Positions 1-9,121 of a DNA stretch of 38,782 nt are shown one piece after another. Made by a program: the position numbers and the translations under genes. The notes beneath the pieces were generated by a model. The model was not told the DNA's origin. It was given only the letters and a program-made list of their open reading frames with translations, and made no database searches. Source of the stretch: Eubacteriales bacterium (GTDB lineage Bacteria > Bacillota > Clostridia > Oscillospirales > CAG-272); contig JAZUAS010000085.1 of assembly GCA_045638125.1 (NCBI GenBank), positions 1 through 38,782 of the forward strand, read 5' to 3'. The first letter of the stretch is position 1, and each line of letters begins with the position of its first letter.

Positions 1-380
1 CGAGTGAGGGAAGCGAGAACGGTCGGAGGCAACAGTGCAAGCAAGGCAAAGCCTTGCGCGATACTTCACTTTAAGATAAACGCAAAGAGCGAGATGCCAC
101 CCAACAGGGTGGTTTTTTTATTGCGGAGAAGCGAGATTCGAAGGTGAGAACCGCGTAGCGGTGAGAGAGGGAGAATTCGCCCACGCCGCCGGTGGCGGAT
201 GAAGTGGGCGAATTCGAGTGTCAGCCTCCCCGTGAGCGCGACCGAACGACGAGTGAGGGAAGCGAGAACGGTCGGAGGCAACAGTGCAAGCAAGGCAAAG
301 CCTTGCGCGATACTTCACTTTAAGATAAACGCAAAGAGCGAGATGCCACCCAACAGGGTGGTTTTTTTATTGCGGAGAAG
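1..380. repeat. Tandem direct repeat, 249-bp period, made of GC-rich hairpins (REP/MITE-like, possibly tRNA-linked)
   Basis: 1-131 is repeated exactly at 250-380. The unit contains inverted repeats GAATTCGCCCAC/GTGGGCGAATTC (173-184/204-215), GCAAGGC-AAA-GCCTTGC, and CCACCC-AACA-GGGTGG plus a T tract. Confidence 0.85.
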
Positions 381-439
381 GGAATTTCTAGCAAATAAAA
401 CCCTCTTTGCAATAAAATCACTATATTTCAACATTCCTA

Positions 440-468
440 TTGCGCTTTTGTATATTCTATGCTATAAT
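440..468 (+). promoter_or_regulatory. sigma-A promoter for the M13 peptidase gene
   Basis: TTGCGC-N17-TATAAT with extended -10 TG. Confidence 0.7.
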
Positions 469-512
469 GAGTTATCAAAACAAAAACACTTGCATTAGAA
501 CAGGAGACGTTT

Positions 513-2411
513 ATGGCAAACATCAGAATTCAAGACGACCTTTACACATTTGTCAACCAAGAAACCCTCGACAAGCTGGTCATTCCCGAGGACAGACCCA
601 TGACAGGCGGCTTTGCAGAGCTTGACATCGGCGTTGAAAAGATTATGCTGGAAGAGTTTGCTACCATGTCGGAGAGCAGATCCTATCCCAACGAATATTT
701 GAAGAGAGCCTGCGAGCTTTACGCTATCGCCAAGGACGCAGATAGAAAAGAGAAGCACGGAATCACTCCCGCGATTAAAAATCTTGCCATTCTCGACGAA
801 ATAAAGTCGGTGGAAGACTTCAACCGACTTTTCATGACTCTCGCTCTCAAGGACATTCCCACACCTATAAAAGTCGGCGTTGAAACCGACATGAAGAACA
901 CTAAGCGCCGCTTGGTTTACATTCAGGGCGCCGGCGTTATTCTTCCCGACGCATCCTACTACAAGCCCGAAATGGCGGCGCAGAAGGAGCAGATCCTTGG
1001 AATCTGGACAAGCGTGGCAACGGCGGTTATGGCAAATACACCTCTTGCCCCCGAAGACCAAGCAAAGTACATAGCCGACACTCTCGCATTCGACGAAATT
1101 CTTGCAGGCCTTGTAAAGACCCAGGAGGAATGGTCGAGATACGTTGAAATGTATAATCCCACCGACGCGGACAAAGTTGCCGAAATGCTTTCCACAATCG
1201 ACTTTGCCGCTATTATGAATGACCTCTTTGGTCACGTTCCCACAACGATAGTTGTTACCGAGCCCAGATATTTTGGCGCGTTTGCAACAGTTTTCAATGC
1301 AGAAAACCTTGAACTGTATAAGCACTGGGCATACGTCACCGGACTTTTGAACTTCTGCTCTTACCTCTCCGAGGAGCTTCGCGATCTTGGCGGCGCGTAC
1401 TCTCGCGCTCTCATGGGCGTGGCTCAAATGCAGTCGATAGAGAAGTTCGCATACAACACGGCGTCCGAAATGTATTCCGAGCCCGTGGGCATCTACTACG
1501 GCGAAAAATATTTCGGCGAGGAAGCAAAGAAGGACATCACCGAGATCGTTTATCAGATCATCGATACCTACAAGGAGAGAATCAAGACCAACGATATTCT
1601 CGGCGACTCATCCAAGGAAAAGGCTATTTTGAAGCTTTCGAAGATGGGCGTTAAGATGGGTTATCCCGACAAGGTTAGAGCAATCTACGATAAGCTCGTA
1701 TTCAATCCCGATGACTCGCTCTTCGACATTATGCTTTCACTTAATGCGATCGTAAAGCAGAATATGATCGACAAGCTTGATAAGCCCACCGAGCCCGAAA
1801 ACTGGCAGATGCCCGGACACATGGTAAATGCCTGCTACGACCCTTTCGTAAATGATATTACATTCCCTGCGGCGATCCTGCAGGCACCCTTCTACTCACT
1901 CAAGCAGACCAGAAGCGAAAACCTCGGCGGTATCGGAAGCGTTATCGGACACGAAATCTCTCACGCATTCGACAGCAACGGCGCAAAATGCGACGAAAAC
2001 GGTAACATCAACGATTGGTGGACAGAGGATGATTTCAAGCGTTTCGGCGAAAAGGTACAGCAGATGATCGAGCAGTTTGACGGCATCGAGCTTCCCTGGG
2101 GCAAGGTAAACGGCGCGTTTATCGTCAGCGAAAATATGGCGGATAACGGCGGTATGGCGGCAACTCTTGACATTATGTCGAGAACCGATGGCGCATCCTA
2201 CAAGGAATACTTCTTCAACTGGGCAAAGATCTGGTGCATGAAGGCAAATCCCGAACTTTTACAGCTGCTTCTTTCGGTCGACGTTCACGGCCCCAGCATC
2301 CTTCGCGCAAACATTCCTCCCAGAAACTTCTCTGAGTGGTATGCCGCTTTTGACGTAAAGGAAACCGATCAAATGTATATTGAACCCGATAAGCGTATAA
2401 TTATCTGGTAA
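513..2411 (+). CDS. pepO: M13 family zinc metalloendopeptidase (PepO/neprilysin-like)
   Basis: 632 aa; VNACY, GHEISH (HExxH) and ENMADNGG motifs; RBS AGGAGA at 502-507; no signal peptide. Confidence 0.93.
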   Translation: MANIRIQDDLYTFVNQETLDKLVIPEDRPMTGGFAELDIGVEKIMLEEFATMSESRSYPNEYLKRACELYAIAKDADRKEKHGITPAIKNLAILDEIKSVEDFNRLFMTLALKDIPTPIKVGVETDMKNTKRRLVYIQGAGVILPDASYYKPEMAAQKEQILGIWTSVATAVMANTPLAPEDQAKYIADTLAFDEILAGLVKTQEEWSRYVEMYNPTDADKVAEMLSTIDFAAIMNDLFGHVPTTIVVTEPRYFGAFATVFNAENLELYKHWAYVTGLLNFCSYLSEELRDLGGAYSRALMGVAQMQSIEKFAYNTASEMYSEPVGIYYGEKYFGEEAKKDITEIVYQIIDTYKERIKTNDILGDSSKEKAILKLSKMGVKMGYPDKVRAIYDKLVFNPDDSLFDIMLSLNAIVKQNMIDKLDKPTEPENWQMPGHMVNACYDPFVNDITFPAAILQAPFYSLKQTRSENLGGIGSVIGHEISHAFDSNGAKCDENGNINDWWTEDDFKRFGEKVQQMIEQFDGIELPWGKVNGAFIVSENMADNGGMAATLDIMSRTDGASYKEYFFNWAKIWCMKANPELLQLLLSVDVHGPSILRANIPPRNFSEWYAAFDVKETDQMYIEPDKRIIIW

Positions 2412-2447
2412 AAAATAAAGGGGAGCTTCGGCTACCCCCTTATTTTT
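2411..2447 (+). terminator. Rho-independent terminator
   Basis: AAAAATAAAGGGGAGC-TTCG-GCTACCCCCTTATTTTT hairpin right after the stop codon. Confidence 0.75.
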
Positions 2448-2472
2448 CGCAAACAAGAGGGTGTTTTTACAC

Positions 2473-2501
2473 TTGACAAAATCGGGAGCGTGTGCTATAA
2501 T
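2473..2501 (+). promoter_or_regulatory. sigma-A promoter for ktrB-ktrA-pgeF
   Basis: Perfect TTGACA-N17-TATAAT with extended -10 TG. Confidence 0.85.
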
Positions 2502-2510
2502 TTAGTAAAT

Positions 2511-2550
2511 AAGGGGGCCAGCTGACTGAAGGGGATGCAGGTCTCTTTTT
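2511..2550 (+). promoter_or_regulatory. Structured 5' leader, candidate ion-sensing riboswitch or attenuator
   Basis: AAGGGGGCC (2511-2519) and GAAGGGGA (2528-2535) can each pair with GGTCTCTTTT (2540-2549), which runs into a T tract, upstream of a cation transporter. Confidence 0.4.
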
Positions 2551-2588
2551 GCTTTAAATATTTGCTTTAAATAATTCAAGGTGGTTTT

Positions 2589-3950
2589 ATGACTCAAAAA
2601 AAGAAATTTACCTTATCCACAACGCAAATGATTCTGCTCAGCTTTCTTGCGGCAGTCTTGCTTGGCAGCGGACTTTTGTCACTGCCCATAAGCGCGGCTG
2701 ACGGCAAAGCCGTACCTTATATAGACGCACTCTTTACCGCCACCACGGCGACCTGCGTGACGGGACTTGTGACTCTGCCCACCGCAACTACTTGGAGCAC
2801 ATTTGGGCAGATAGTCATACTCGTCTTGATACAGATCGGCGGTCTTGGTGTTATCACCGTAATGTCGGGCTTTATGCTGATGCTCCACAGAAAAATGGGG
2901 ATCGGTGACCGCTTGCTGGTTCAGGACGCATTTAACCTGAACACGATGTCGGGACTTGCAAAATTCATCAAGAGCGTTCTCATAGGCACGTTTATCATCG
3001 AGGGCTTGGGCGCTCTGCTCTATATGACGGTTTTCGTCCCCGAATTTGGCATTAAGGGAATATGGTTCTCGGTTTTCACCTCGATCTCGGCATTCTGTAA
3101 CGCAGGAATTGACATCATCGGAGAAAACAGTCTCTGCAATTATGCTACGAATCCGATGGTCAATATCACCACCTCTTTTCTCGTCATTCTCGGCGGTATC
3201 GGATATATCGTTTGGTGGGACGTTATAAGGGTGATCAAAAGTCGCGCCACGCGCAAAAAAAGACTTTTCAAGCACCTCACGCTCCACAGCAAGATCGCTA
3301 TTATATCCACTCTCTGTCTTCTGATCGGCGGCGCGATGCTGATACTCGTTTGCGAATATAACAACCCTCAAACTATTGGAGAGATGTCTCTGTTTGACAA
3401 AATACAGGTGTCTTTCTTCCAGTCGGTAACCACAAGAACTGCAGGATTTGCCTCGATTCCACAAGAAAATCTGACCGGCACGGGAGCTATCGTGTCGCTT
3501 ATGCTGATGGTGGTAGGCGGCTCGCCCGTAGGAACGGCAGGCGGCATCAAGACCGTTACGGTCGTTGTGCTGATATTCTCGGCAATCTCAACCATAAGAA
3601 ACAAAAAAGAAACCTCGCTCTTTAACCGCACCGTATCGGGTGGGTCTATCCGCAAGGCACTGGCGGTGGTCGTAACGTTCTTTGCCGTTATGCTCACCTC
3701 GTCTGTTTTGCTCTCGATGTTCACGGACGCACCTATCATCGACGTAATATATGAATCTGTAAGTGCAACGGCTACGGTCGGGCTTTCCCGAAATCTGACC
3801 TCAAGCCTTAATACGGTAGGGAAGCTTATCATTATCGCCACGATGTATTTCGGACGAATCGGCCCTATTTCACTGGCGGTAGCACTTGGCGGAAAGAGCA
3901 AAAATCAAAATATAATTTCAGAGCCTGTGGAAGAAATAAGCATAGGTTAA
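2589..3950 (+). CDS. ktrB: Ktr/Trk-type K+ (Na+) uptake membrane subunit, KtrB/NtpJ type
   Basis: 453 aa polytopic protein with four pore-loop motifs (TCVTGL, FCNAGI, TTRTAGF, ATVGLS), plus GTAGGIK and MYFGRIGP. Confidence 0.92.
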   Translation: MTQKKKFTLSTTQMILLSFLAAVLLGSGLLSLPISAADGKAVPYIDALFTATTATCVTGLVTLPTATTWSTFGQIVILVLIQIGGLGVITVMSGFMLMLHRKMGIGDRLLVQDAFNLNTMSGLAKFIKSVLIGTFIIEGLGALLYMTVFVPEFGIKGIWFSVFTSISAFCNAGIDIIGENSLCNYATNPMVNITTSFLVILGGIGYIVWWDVIRVIKSRATRKKRLFKHLTLHSKIAIISTLCLLIGGAMLILVCEYNNPQTIGEMSLFDKIQVSFFQSVTTRTAGFASIPQENLTGTGAIVSLMLMVVGGSPVGTAGGIKTVTVVVLIFSAISTIRNKKETSLFNRTVSGGSIRKALAVVVTFFAVMLTSSVLLSMFTDAPIIDVIYESVSATATVGLSRNLTSSLNTVGKLIIIATMYFGRIGPISLAVALGGKSKNQNIISEPVEEISIG

Positions 3951-3963
3951 AGGAGATTTGATT

Positions 3964-4614
3964 ATGAAGAAAAATAAAGCATACGCGGTCTTTGGACTCG
4001 GAAGATACGGCATGGCCGTTGCTCGCGAACTAGTAGATAACGGCGCAGAGGTAATTGCGATCGACGACAATCAAGAAATAGTAAACGATGCCGCAACATA
4101 TCTCCCTATATGCAAATGCGCCGACGTTACCGACGCAGAGGTGCTTATGCGCCTTGGAATATCAGAGCTGGATACCGTCATAATCTGTATGGCAGGTAGT
4201 CTCGAAGCCAGCGTAATGGCGGTAACACTTTGCAAGGAGCTTGGTGTTAAAAACGTTATCGCAAAGTGCGGCAGCGAAATGCACCAAAAAATACTTTTGA
4301 GAGTAGGAGCAGATCAAGTAGTGTTCCCCGAGAACGAATCGGGAATAAGACTTGCCAAAAATCTTCTTTCCTCGGGATTTATTGATATGATCTCGCTTTC
4401 CAAGGACGTGTCCTTGATTGAGACAGAAGTAAAGGACGAGTGGGTAGGCAAAAACCTCATCGATCTGAATCTTCGCAAAAAATACGGATTTAATATCGTC
4501 GCCATCAAAAAGGGCGAGGACGTAAACGTAAGCATTAATCCCGAGACACCTCTTGAGGGCGAAACGACGCTGATAGTTATAGCAAACACCGCAAAGCTCG
4601 GGAATTTGAAATAA
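3964..4614 (+). CDS. ktrA: Ktr K+ uptake regulatory RCK subunit (KtrA/KtrC type)
   Basis: VFGLGRYG Rossmann motif, GADQVVFPE, C-terminal RCK_C domain. ATG at 3964 follows RBS AGGAGA; the ORF track starts at TTG 3958. Confidence 0.9.
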   Translation: MKKNKAYAVFGLGRYGMAVARELVDNGAEVIAIDDNQEIVNDAATYLPICKCADVTDAEVLMRLGISELDTVIICMAGSLEASVMAVTLCKELGVKNVIAKCGSEMHQKILLRVGADQVVFPENESGIRLAKNLLSSGFIDMISLSKDVSLIETEVKDEWVGKNLIDLNLRKKYGFNIVAIKKGEDVNVSINPETPLEGETTLIVIANTAKLGNLK

Positions 4615-4634
4615 TCTCGCAAAAGAGGACTTTT

Positions 4635-5429
4635 ATGTTTATAAAATCAACCACTCTTCGCTCGCCTCACGCCTTTGCCACTCGCCAAGGGGGAATCAGC
4701 GAGCTCCGACACACCCAATCGTTAAATCTCGCCTTTGGTAGGGGAGATAGCGATGAAACAGTCATAAAAAACCTTGAAATCTTTGCCAAAAACGTGGGGT
4801 TTGATCACAAAAACGTCATTTCTCTGCCGCAGATACACTCGGACATCATCTACAAGGTAGACAAGAATGATTGCGGCAAGGGATATTTCATTCGCGACGG
4901 AATCGACGCCGGCGACGGATATATCACCGATCGCGAGGGCGTCGTTCTCGGAGTTAAGACCGCAGATTGTGTTCCGATCCTTTTTGAAGCCGAAAGGGAT
5001 GGCAAAATAGTTGCCGTGGGTGCAGTCCATGCAGGCTGGCGGGGAAGTGTGGCAGGGATCGCGCCAAAATGTGTGTCGATGATGTGCGAAAGCTACGGGG
5101 TGTCGCCCTCCGACATCAGAGCTTGCATCGGCCCTTGTATTCACAAATGCTGCTACGAGGTCGGAGAGGATCTTTTGTCCTCGGTTGCCGACGCTTTGGG
5201 CGAAGAGCTTGCCGCAAAATTTGTGACCGCTCGAGAGGGATCGGAAAATAAATACTCCTGCGATCTCGTCGGTTTAAACCAATATTTACTGACCGATTGC
5301 GGAATTTTGCCCGAAAATCTTGACGTGGTCGACTGTTGCACTTGCTGCGAGCCCGACACCTTCTTTTCTCACCGATATTCAGGTGGGCTTCGCGGAACTA
5401 TGCTCAACGTGATATTAATGCAGAGTTAA
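4635..5429 (+). CDS. pgeF: Peptidoglycan editing factor PgeF / YfiH-family purine nucleoside phosphorylase
   Basis: QIHS, TADCVPI, HAGWRG, IGPCI..CCYEV, CTCC and FFSHR motifs. Confidence 0.92.
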   Translation: MFIKSTTLRSPHAFATRQGGISELRHTQSLNLAFGRGDSDETVIKNLEIFAKNVGFDHKNVISLPQIHSDIIYKVDKNDCGKGYFIRDGIDAGDGYITDREGVVLGVKTADCVPILFEAERDGKIVAVGAVHAGWRGSVAGIAPKCVSMMCESYGVSPSDIRACIGPCIHKCCYEVGEDLLSSVADALGEELAAKFVTAREGSENKYSCDLVGLNQYLLTDCGILPENLDVVDCCTCCEPDTFFSHRYSGGLRGTMLNVILMQS

Positions 5430-5475
5430 CACAATCGGGTTTCCAAGCAATTAAAAGTAAAATTTGCCAATCTTA

Positions 5476-5504
5476 TTGACAAAAGCGTCATTAACTGCTA
5501 TAAT
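5476..5504 (+). promoter_or_regulatory. sigma-A promoter
   Basis: TTGACA-N17-TATAAT with extended -10 TG. Confidence 0.8.
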
Positions 5505-5566
5505 TAGACTGTATATGCCAAACGCATAGGGCGGTTGAGCATAAATTTAAGAAAAGAGGTTTTATT

Positions 5567-5947
5567 ATGGACGACTATAAGAACATTTACACTAACAACG
5601 ATCAAAATTCCGAGTTCAACACTCCCGCAGAGCCTCCCAAGGGCGAAGCTATCAAGACCATGGTATTTGGTATCCTTTCCATATATCTTGGTTGGTTCAC
5701 TCCATTTAGCATCGTAGGTTGGATTTTTGCAGCTCTCGCAAGAAAATGGTCTCTCCCTATAATTGCGAATTACCCCTACACCAGTGCGCACAATTTTGCA
5801 AAGGTTGGTCGTGTCACGGGAACTGTCGGCTTGTGGCTTTCTATCGTTGCTACTGTAATTTGGGCATTGTTAATAATCTTCTACATTGTGTACATCGTGT
5901 TCGTAGTTATGATAATGGGTATGAGCATGGGTATGGACTTGTACTAA
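5567..5947 (+). CDS. Small membrane protein of unknown function (DUF4190-like architecture)
   Basis: 126 aa; polar N-terminus, hydrophobic segments with MVFGILSI and A.VGR..G.VGL pattern; RBS GAGG; own promoter and terminator. Confidence 0.75.
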   Translation: MDDYKNIYTNNDQNSEFNTPAEPPKGEAIKTMVFGILSIYLGWFTPFSIVGWIFAALARKWSLPIIANYPYTSAHNFAKVGRVTGTVGLWLSIVATVIWALLIIFYIVYIVFVVMIMGMSMGMDLY

Positions 5948-5963
5948 AGCATTAAACACATAC

Positions 5964-6000
5964 ATAAAAAATCGGAGACGAAAGCGTCTCCGATTTTTAT
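5964..6000. terminator. Bidirectional Rho-independent terminator
   Basis: AAAAATCGGAGACG-AAAG-CGTCTCCGATTTTT between convergent genes. Confidence 0.85.
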
Positions 6001-7946
6001 TATTCAAGCTCCTCGTAAATCTCAAGAAGCCTTTCTTCTATTTCGGTCTTTCGGGCATCAAGCTCGGCGACCTTTTTGTAGTCCGTGGCGGCTTCGCCAC
6101 ACATTTGGGCATCGATCTCCTCGATCTCACTTTCCAGTTTTTCCATCTCGGCAGTAAGACGCTTTATGCGAGCTTCCTTCTTTCTTGCCTCCGCCGCCTC
6201 CTGCTTGTTGCGGAGATATTGCTCCTTTTGACTTCCTGCCGCCACCTTTGCGGCTTCGGATTGCACCGTCGCTCCGAGACGCTCCTTGCGTGCATTTGTA
6301 AACTCGCGGAACTCGGTATAGGCGTTGCCCTCTCGGGTGATCTGATAGTCGAACATATCGCCGTCAACGTAGCCGTCGGGCTTCAGCTCGATTATGCGGC
6401 TTGCCAGCTTTTCGATGAAATAACGGTCGTGAGAAACGGCGATTATAGTGCCGTCAAACTCTTCAAGTGCCGATTCAAGAGCCTCGCGAGAGTCGATGTC
6501 AAGGTGGTTGGTAGGCTCGTCGAGGATAAGCAGGTTCATGTGCGACAAAATCAGCTTTGAGAGGGTAAGTCTTGCTCTCTCGCCACCCGACAGCATCTTT
6601 ACCGTCTTGAATACGTCCTCGCCGAAGAAATTGAACCAAGCGAGGGTGCTTCTTATCTTCTGCTCGGGCAGGGTGGGGTAGTGATCCCAAAGCTCGTCGA
6701 TGACGGTCTTGTTGGGGTCAAGATTTTGGTTTTCCTGATCGTAGTAGCCAACCTCAACGTTGTATCCGTCCTCAACCTTTCCCGTCAAGGGAGTGAGGGT
6801 CTTCATCAAAATTTGTATAAGGGTGGATTTTCCGCAACCGTTAGGGCCAATGATGAGAAGTCGGTCATTTTTCTTTACGAGGAAGTCAAGCCCCTCGAAA
6901 AGCTTTTTCTGACCAAAGCCCATGGAAAGATTGGTGATCTTCATCACCTCGTTGCCGCTGGCAATGGCAGAGGTGAATTTCATGCGAATCGATCTCTGCT
7001 CGGTCTCGGGCGCTTCCAATTTTTCCATTTTGTCGAGTAGCTTTTGGCGCGACTCTGCGGCGATTATATTGCGCTCGCGATTCCACTGGCGCTGCTGTGC
7101 GATGTAGGCCTCCTGCCTTGCTATCTCCTTTTGCTGCTCGCGGTAGTGCTTGGCGTATATTTCCTTGTCGATGCGTCTCTGCTCCATACTGCGGGTGTAA
7201 TTTCCGTTGTAGAGCTTGGCTTTGTGGTGCTCGATGGCAAGCGTTTTATTGGTCACACGGTCGAGGAAATAACGGTCGTGTGAGATCACCATTACGCACT
7301 TTTTATACTGAACGAGGTAGTTTTCAAGCCAACCGAGGGTTTCGATGTCAAGGTGGTTGGTCGGCTCGTCGAGCATCAGAATGTCGGGCTCTCGACAAAG
7401 CTGAACGGCAAGGGCAAGTCTGGTTCGCTGACCCCCGGAGAGAAGCGCGACATTTTTGTCTATGGCTTCGTCATCAAAGCCTAATTTCTGCAATATCGAA
7501 CGGCATCTTCCGCGGAATTCAAGGCCGCCGTCGCGAATGAATCTTTCGTTGAGCACCATATACTCGTTGGTGTATATGCGATGCTTTTCGGCGTTGGAGT
7601 GATCGTTCAAAAGACCTTCAAGCTCGGCAAGTCTCTTTTCGGCGGCGAGCAGGTCGGGAAAGGCAGCAAACATATGCTCAAGGGCGGTGTTTCCCTCGGC
7701 TTCGCCGTCCTCGTCAAATGCACCGTACTGCGAGAGGATTCCCACGGTCTTACCCTTGGAAATATACACCTCGCCCTCCTCGGCATCGTATTCTCCGGTT
7801 ATAAGCTTGAAAAGTGACGTTTTTCCGCTTCCGTTGGACCCTATGATGCCCAACTTATCGTTTTCTTCAAGAGAAAAGGAGATTTTTTCAAGTATTGTGG
7901 TCGTACCGAACCGTAGTGTCAGGTCGTTTACGCTTATCGCTATCAT
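6000..7946 (-). CDS. ABC-F family ATP-binding protein (YdiF/Uup-like ribosome-associated factor)
   Basis: 648 aa; two ABC domains (GSNGSGKT, LSGGQ, LDEPTNHLD; GPNGCGKS, LSGGE, LDEPTNHLD), no TM segments, C-terminal coiled coil. Confidence 0.93.
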   Translation of the reverse strand: MIAISVNDLTLRFGTTTILEKISFSLEENDKLGIIGSNGSGKTSLFKLITGEYDAEEGEVYISKGKTVGILSQYGAFDEDGEAEGNTALEHMFAAFPDLLAAEKRLAELEGLLNDHSNAEKHRIYTNEYMVLNERFIRDGGLEFRGRCRSILQKLGFDDEAIDKNVALLSGGQRTRLALAVQLCREPDILMLDEPTNHLDIETLGWLENYLVQYKKCVMVISHDRYFLDRVTNKTLAIEHHKAKLYNGNYTRSMEQRRIDKEIYAKHYREQQKEIARQEAYIAQQRQWNRERNIIAAESRQKLLDKMEKLEAPETEQRSIRMKFTSAIASGNEVMKITNLSMGFGQKKLFEGLDFLVKKNDRLLIIGPNGCGKSTLIQILMKTLTPLTGKVEDGYNVEVGYYDQENQNLDPNKTVIDELWDHYPTLPEQKIRSTLAWFNFFGEDVFKTVKMLSGGERARLTLSKLILSHMNLLILDEPTNHLDIDSREALESALEEFDGTIIAVSHDRYFIEKLASRIIELKPDGYVDGDMFDYQITREGNAYTEFREFTNARKERLGATVQSEAAKVAAGSQKEQYLRNKQEAAEARKKEARIKRLTAEMEKLESEIEEIDAQMCGEAATDYKKVAELDARKTEIEERLLEIYEELE

Positions 7947-8029
7947 TATTTTGTCCTTTTTGTATAATTTGTGTACTCGTTTTTATAATTTATGTCCGTA
8001 ATTTACACCTTAAAAAATTGTTATATTCC

Positions 8030-8058
8030 TTGACTTTTCACATCTATTACTGTATAAT
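8030..8058 (+). promoter_or_regulatory. sigma-A promoter for the gpsA operon
   Basis: TTGACT-N17-TATAAT. Confidence 0.7.
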
Positions 8059-8075
8059 TATTTTGACTACATAAC

Positions 8076-8104
8076 ATTTTATCATTTTTACTCGATTTTG
8101 TCAA
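8076..8104 (-). promoter_or_regulatory. sigma-A promoter for the ABC-F gene
   Basis: Minus strand TTGACA-N17-TAAAAT with extended -10 TG. Confidence 0.7.
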
Positions 8105-8129
8105 CGAAAACTTATGAAAAGAGGTTTTT

Positions 8130-9101
8130 ATGAACATGAAGGTTGCGGTAGTCGGCTGCGGCAGATGGGGCTCTCTTATAACCTGGTATCTTGCCGAGAA
8201 AAGGGCGCTTGACGTAACGCTTTACGGTCGCGATGGCTCGAAGCATATACAAAGGTTTATAGAGGAGAGAAGAAACGATCTTCTAACGCTTCCGGATAGC
8301 GTAAAGGTCACCACAAGCCTTGATTGTCTCAGAGAAGCCGACGTCATCATAATTTCAATAAATTCCCAGGGGCTTTCGGCGTTTATGCAGGAGATTCGCC
8401 CTCTGGGACTGAAAAATAAGATCTTCGTCCTTTGTATGAAGGGAATAGACATCGTCACGGGTCGCCGTCTTTCCGAGGTGGCAGAGGCAGGAACAGACAC
8501 ATCCAACAAGATCGCGGTCTGGATCGGTCCCGGCCACGTTCAAGAATTTTACGCCGGCATTCCTAACTGTATGGTTATCGACAGCCATGACGACGAGGTC
8601 AAGAGAATGCTGGTCAACGCCTTTTCAAGCGAGCTTATCCGCTTTTATTACGGCGAGGATATGATCGGAAACGAGATCGGCGCGGCGGCGAAAAATGTCA
8701 TCGGAATTGCCGCGGGTATGCTTGACGGATACGGTCTTTCCTCACTGAAGGGCGCGCTTATGTCGAGAGGCTGCCGCGAGGTGGCAAGACTTATCTCGGC
8801 TATGGGGGGCAACGAGCTGTCAGCTTACGGTCTTTGTCACCTTGGCGACTATGAAGCGACTGTGTTTTCGAAATTTTCCCATAACAGAGAGTTTGGCGAA
8901 AGGTTCGTTAAGGGCGAGAGAATGGAGAAGCTTGCCGAGGGATATTATACCGTAAAGGCACTTATGACCCTTTCGAGGGAGCACGCCGTGGATATGCCGA
9001 TATGCCGTGCAGTTTATGAGATCATATACGAGGGCAAGGACGCAAAAGACGTATTGAGCGGTCTGTTTGAGCGAAGCATCAAGACCGAATTTTATAAATA
9101 A
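8130..9101 (+). CDS. gpsA: NAD(P)H-dependent glycerol-3-phosphate dehydrogenase
   Basis: VVGCGRWG, CMKGI, GPGH, EIGAAAKNVIGIAAG, LGD and AEGYYT motifs. Confidence 0.9.
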   Translation: MNMKVAVVGCGRWGSLITWYLAEKRALDVTLYGRDGSKHIQRFIEERRNDLLTLPDSVKVTTSLDCLREADVIIISINSQGLSAFMQEIRPLGLKNKIFVLCMKGIDIVTGRRLSEVAEAGTDTSNKIAVWIGPGHVQEFYAGIPNCMVIDSHDDEVKRMLVNAFSSELIRFYYGEDMIGNEIGAAAKNVIGIAAGMLDGYGLSSLKGALMSRGCREVARLISAMGGNELSAYGLCHLGDYEATVFSKFSHNREFGERFVKGERMEKLAEGYYTVKALMTLSREHAVDMPICRAVYEIIYEGKDAKDVLSGLFERSIKTEFYK

Positions 9102-9121
9102 CAAATAACCGGAGGTTTACC

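Noticed and set aside
121-145. tRNA gene on the minus strand
   Set aside because: Only a T-loop/acceptor-like 3' fragment is present; no D-arm or anticodon arm can be folded.
1-380. CRISPR array or coding ORFs (66..293, 118..318, 199..498) in the terminal repeat
   Set aside because: The repeat unit is 249 bp with no short repeat/unique spacer pattern and no cas genes. The ORFs are translations of palindromic repeat DNA with no RBS or recognisable motifs.
495-1427. 310-aa minus-strand ORF and other long antisense ORFs (e.g. 2679..3464, 14269..14985, 33002..33913)
   Set aside because: They are shadows of well-supported plus-strand genes, with no motifs and atypical composition.
2505-2588. c-di-AMP (ydaO) riboswitch upstream of ktrB
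   Set aside because: The leader is only ~80 nt, too short for that aptamer, and I see no matching multi-stem architecture.
6000-7946. ARE ABC-F antibiotic resistance gene
   Set aside because: Housekeeping context, C-terminal coiled coil typical of YdiF/Uup-like factors, and no leader peptide or mobile context seen. Subfamily assignment needs an HMM search.
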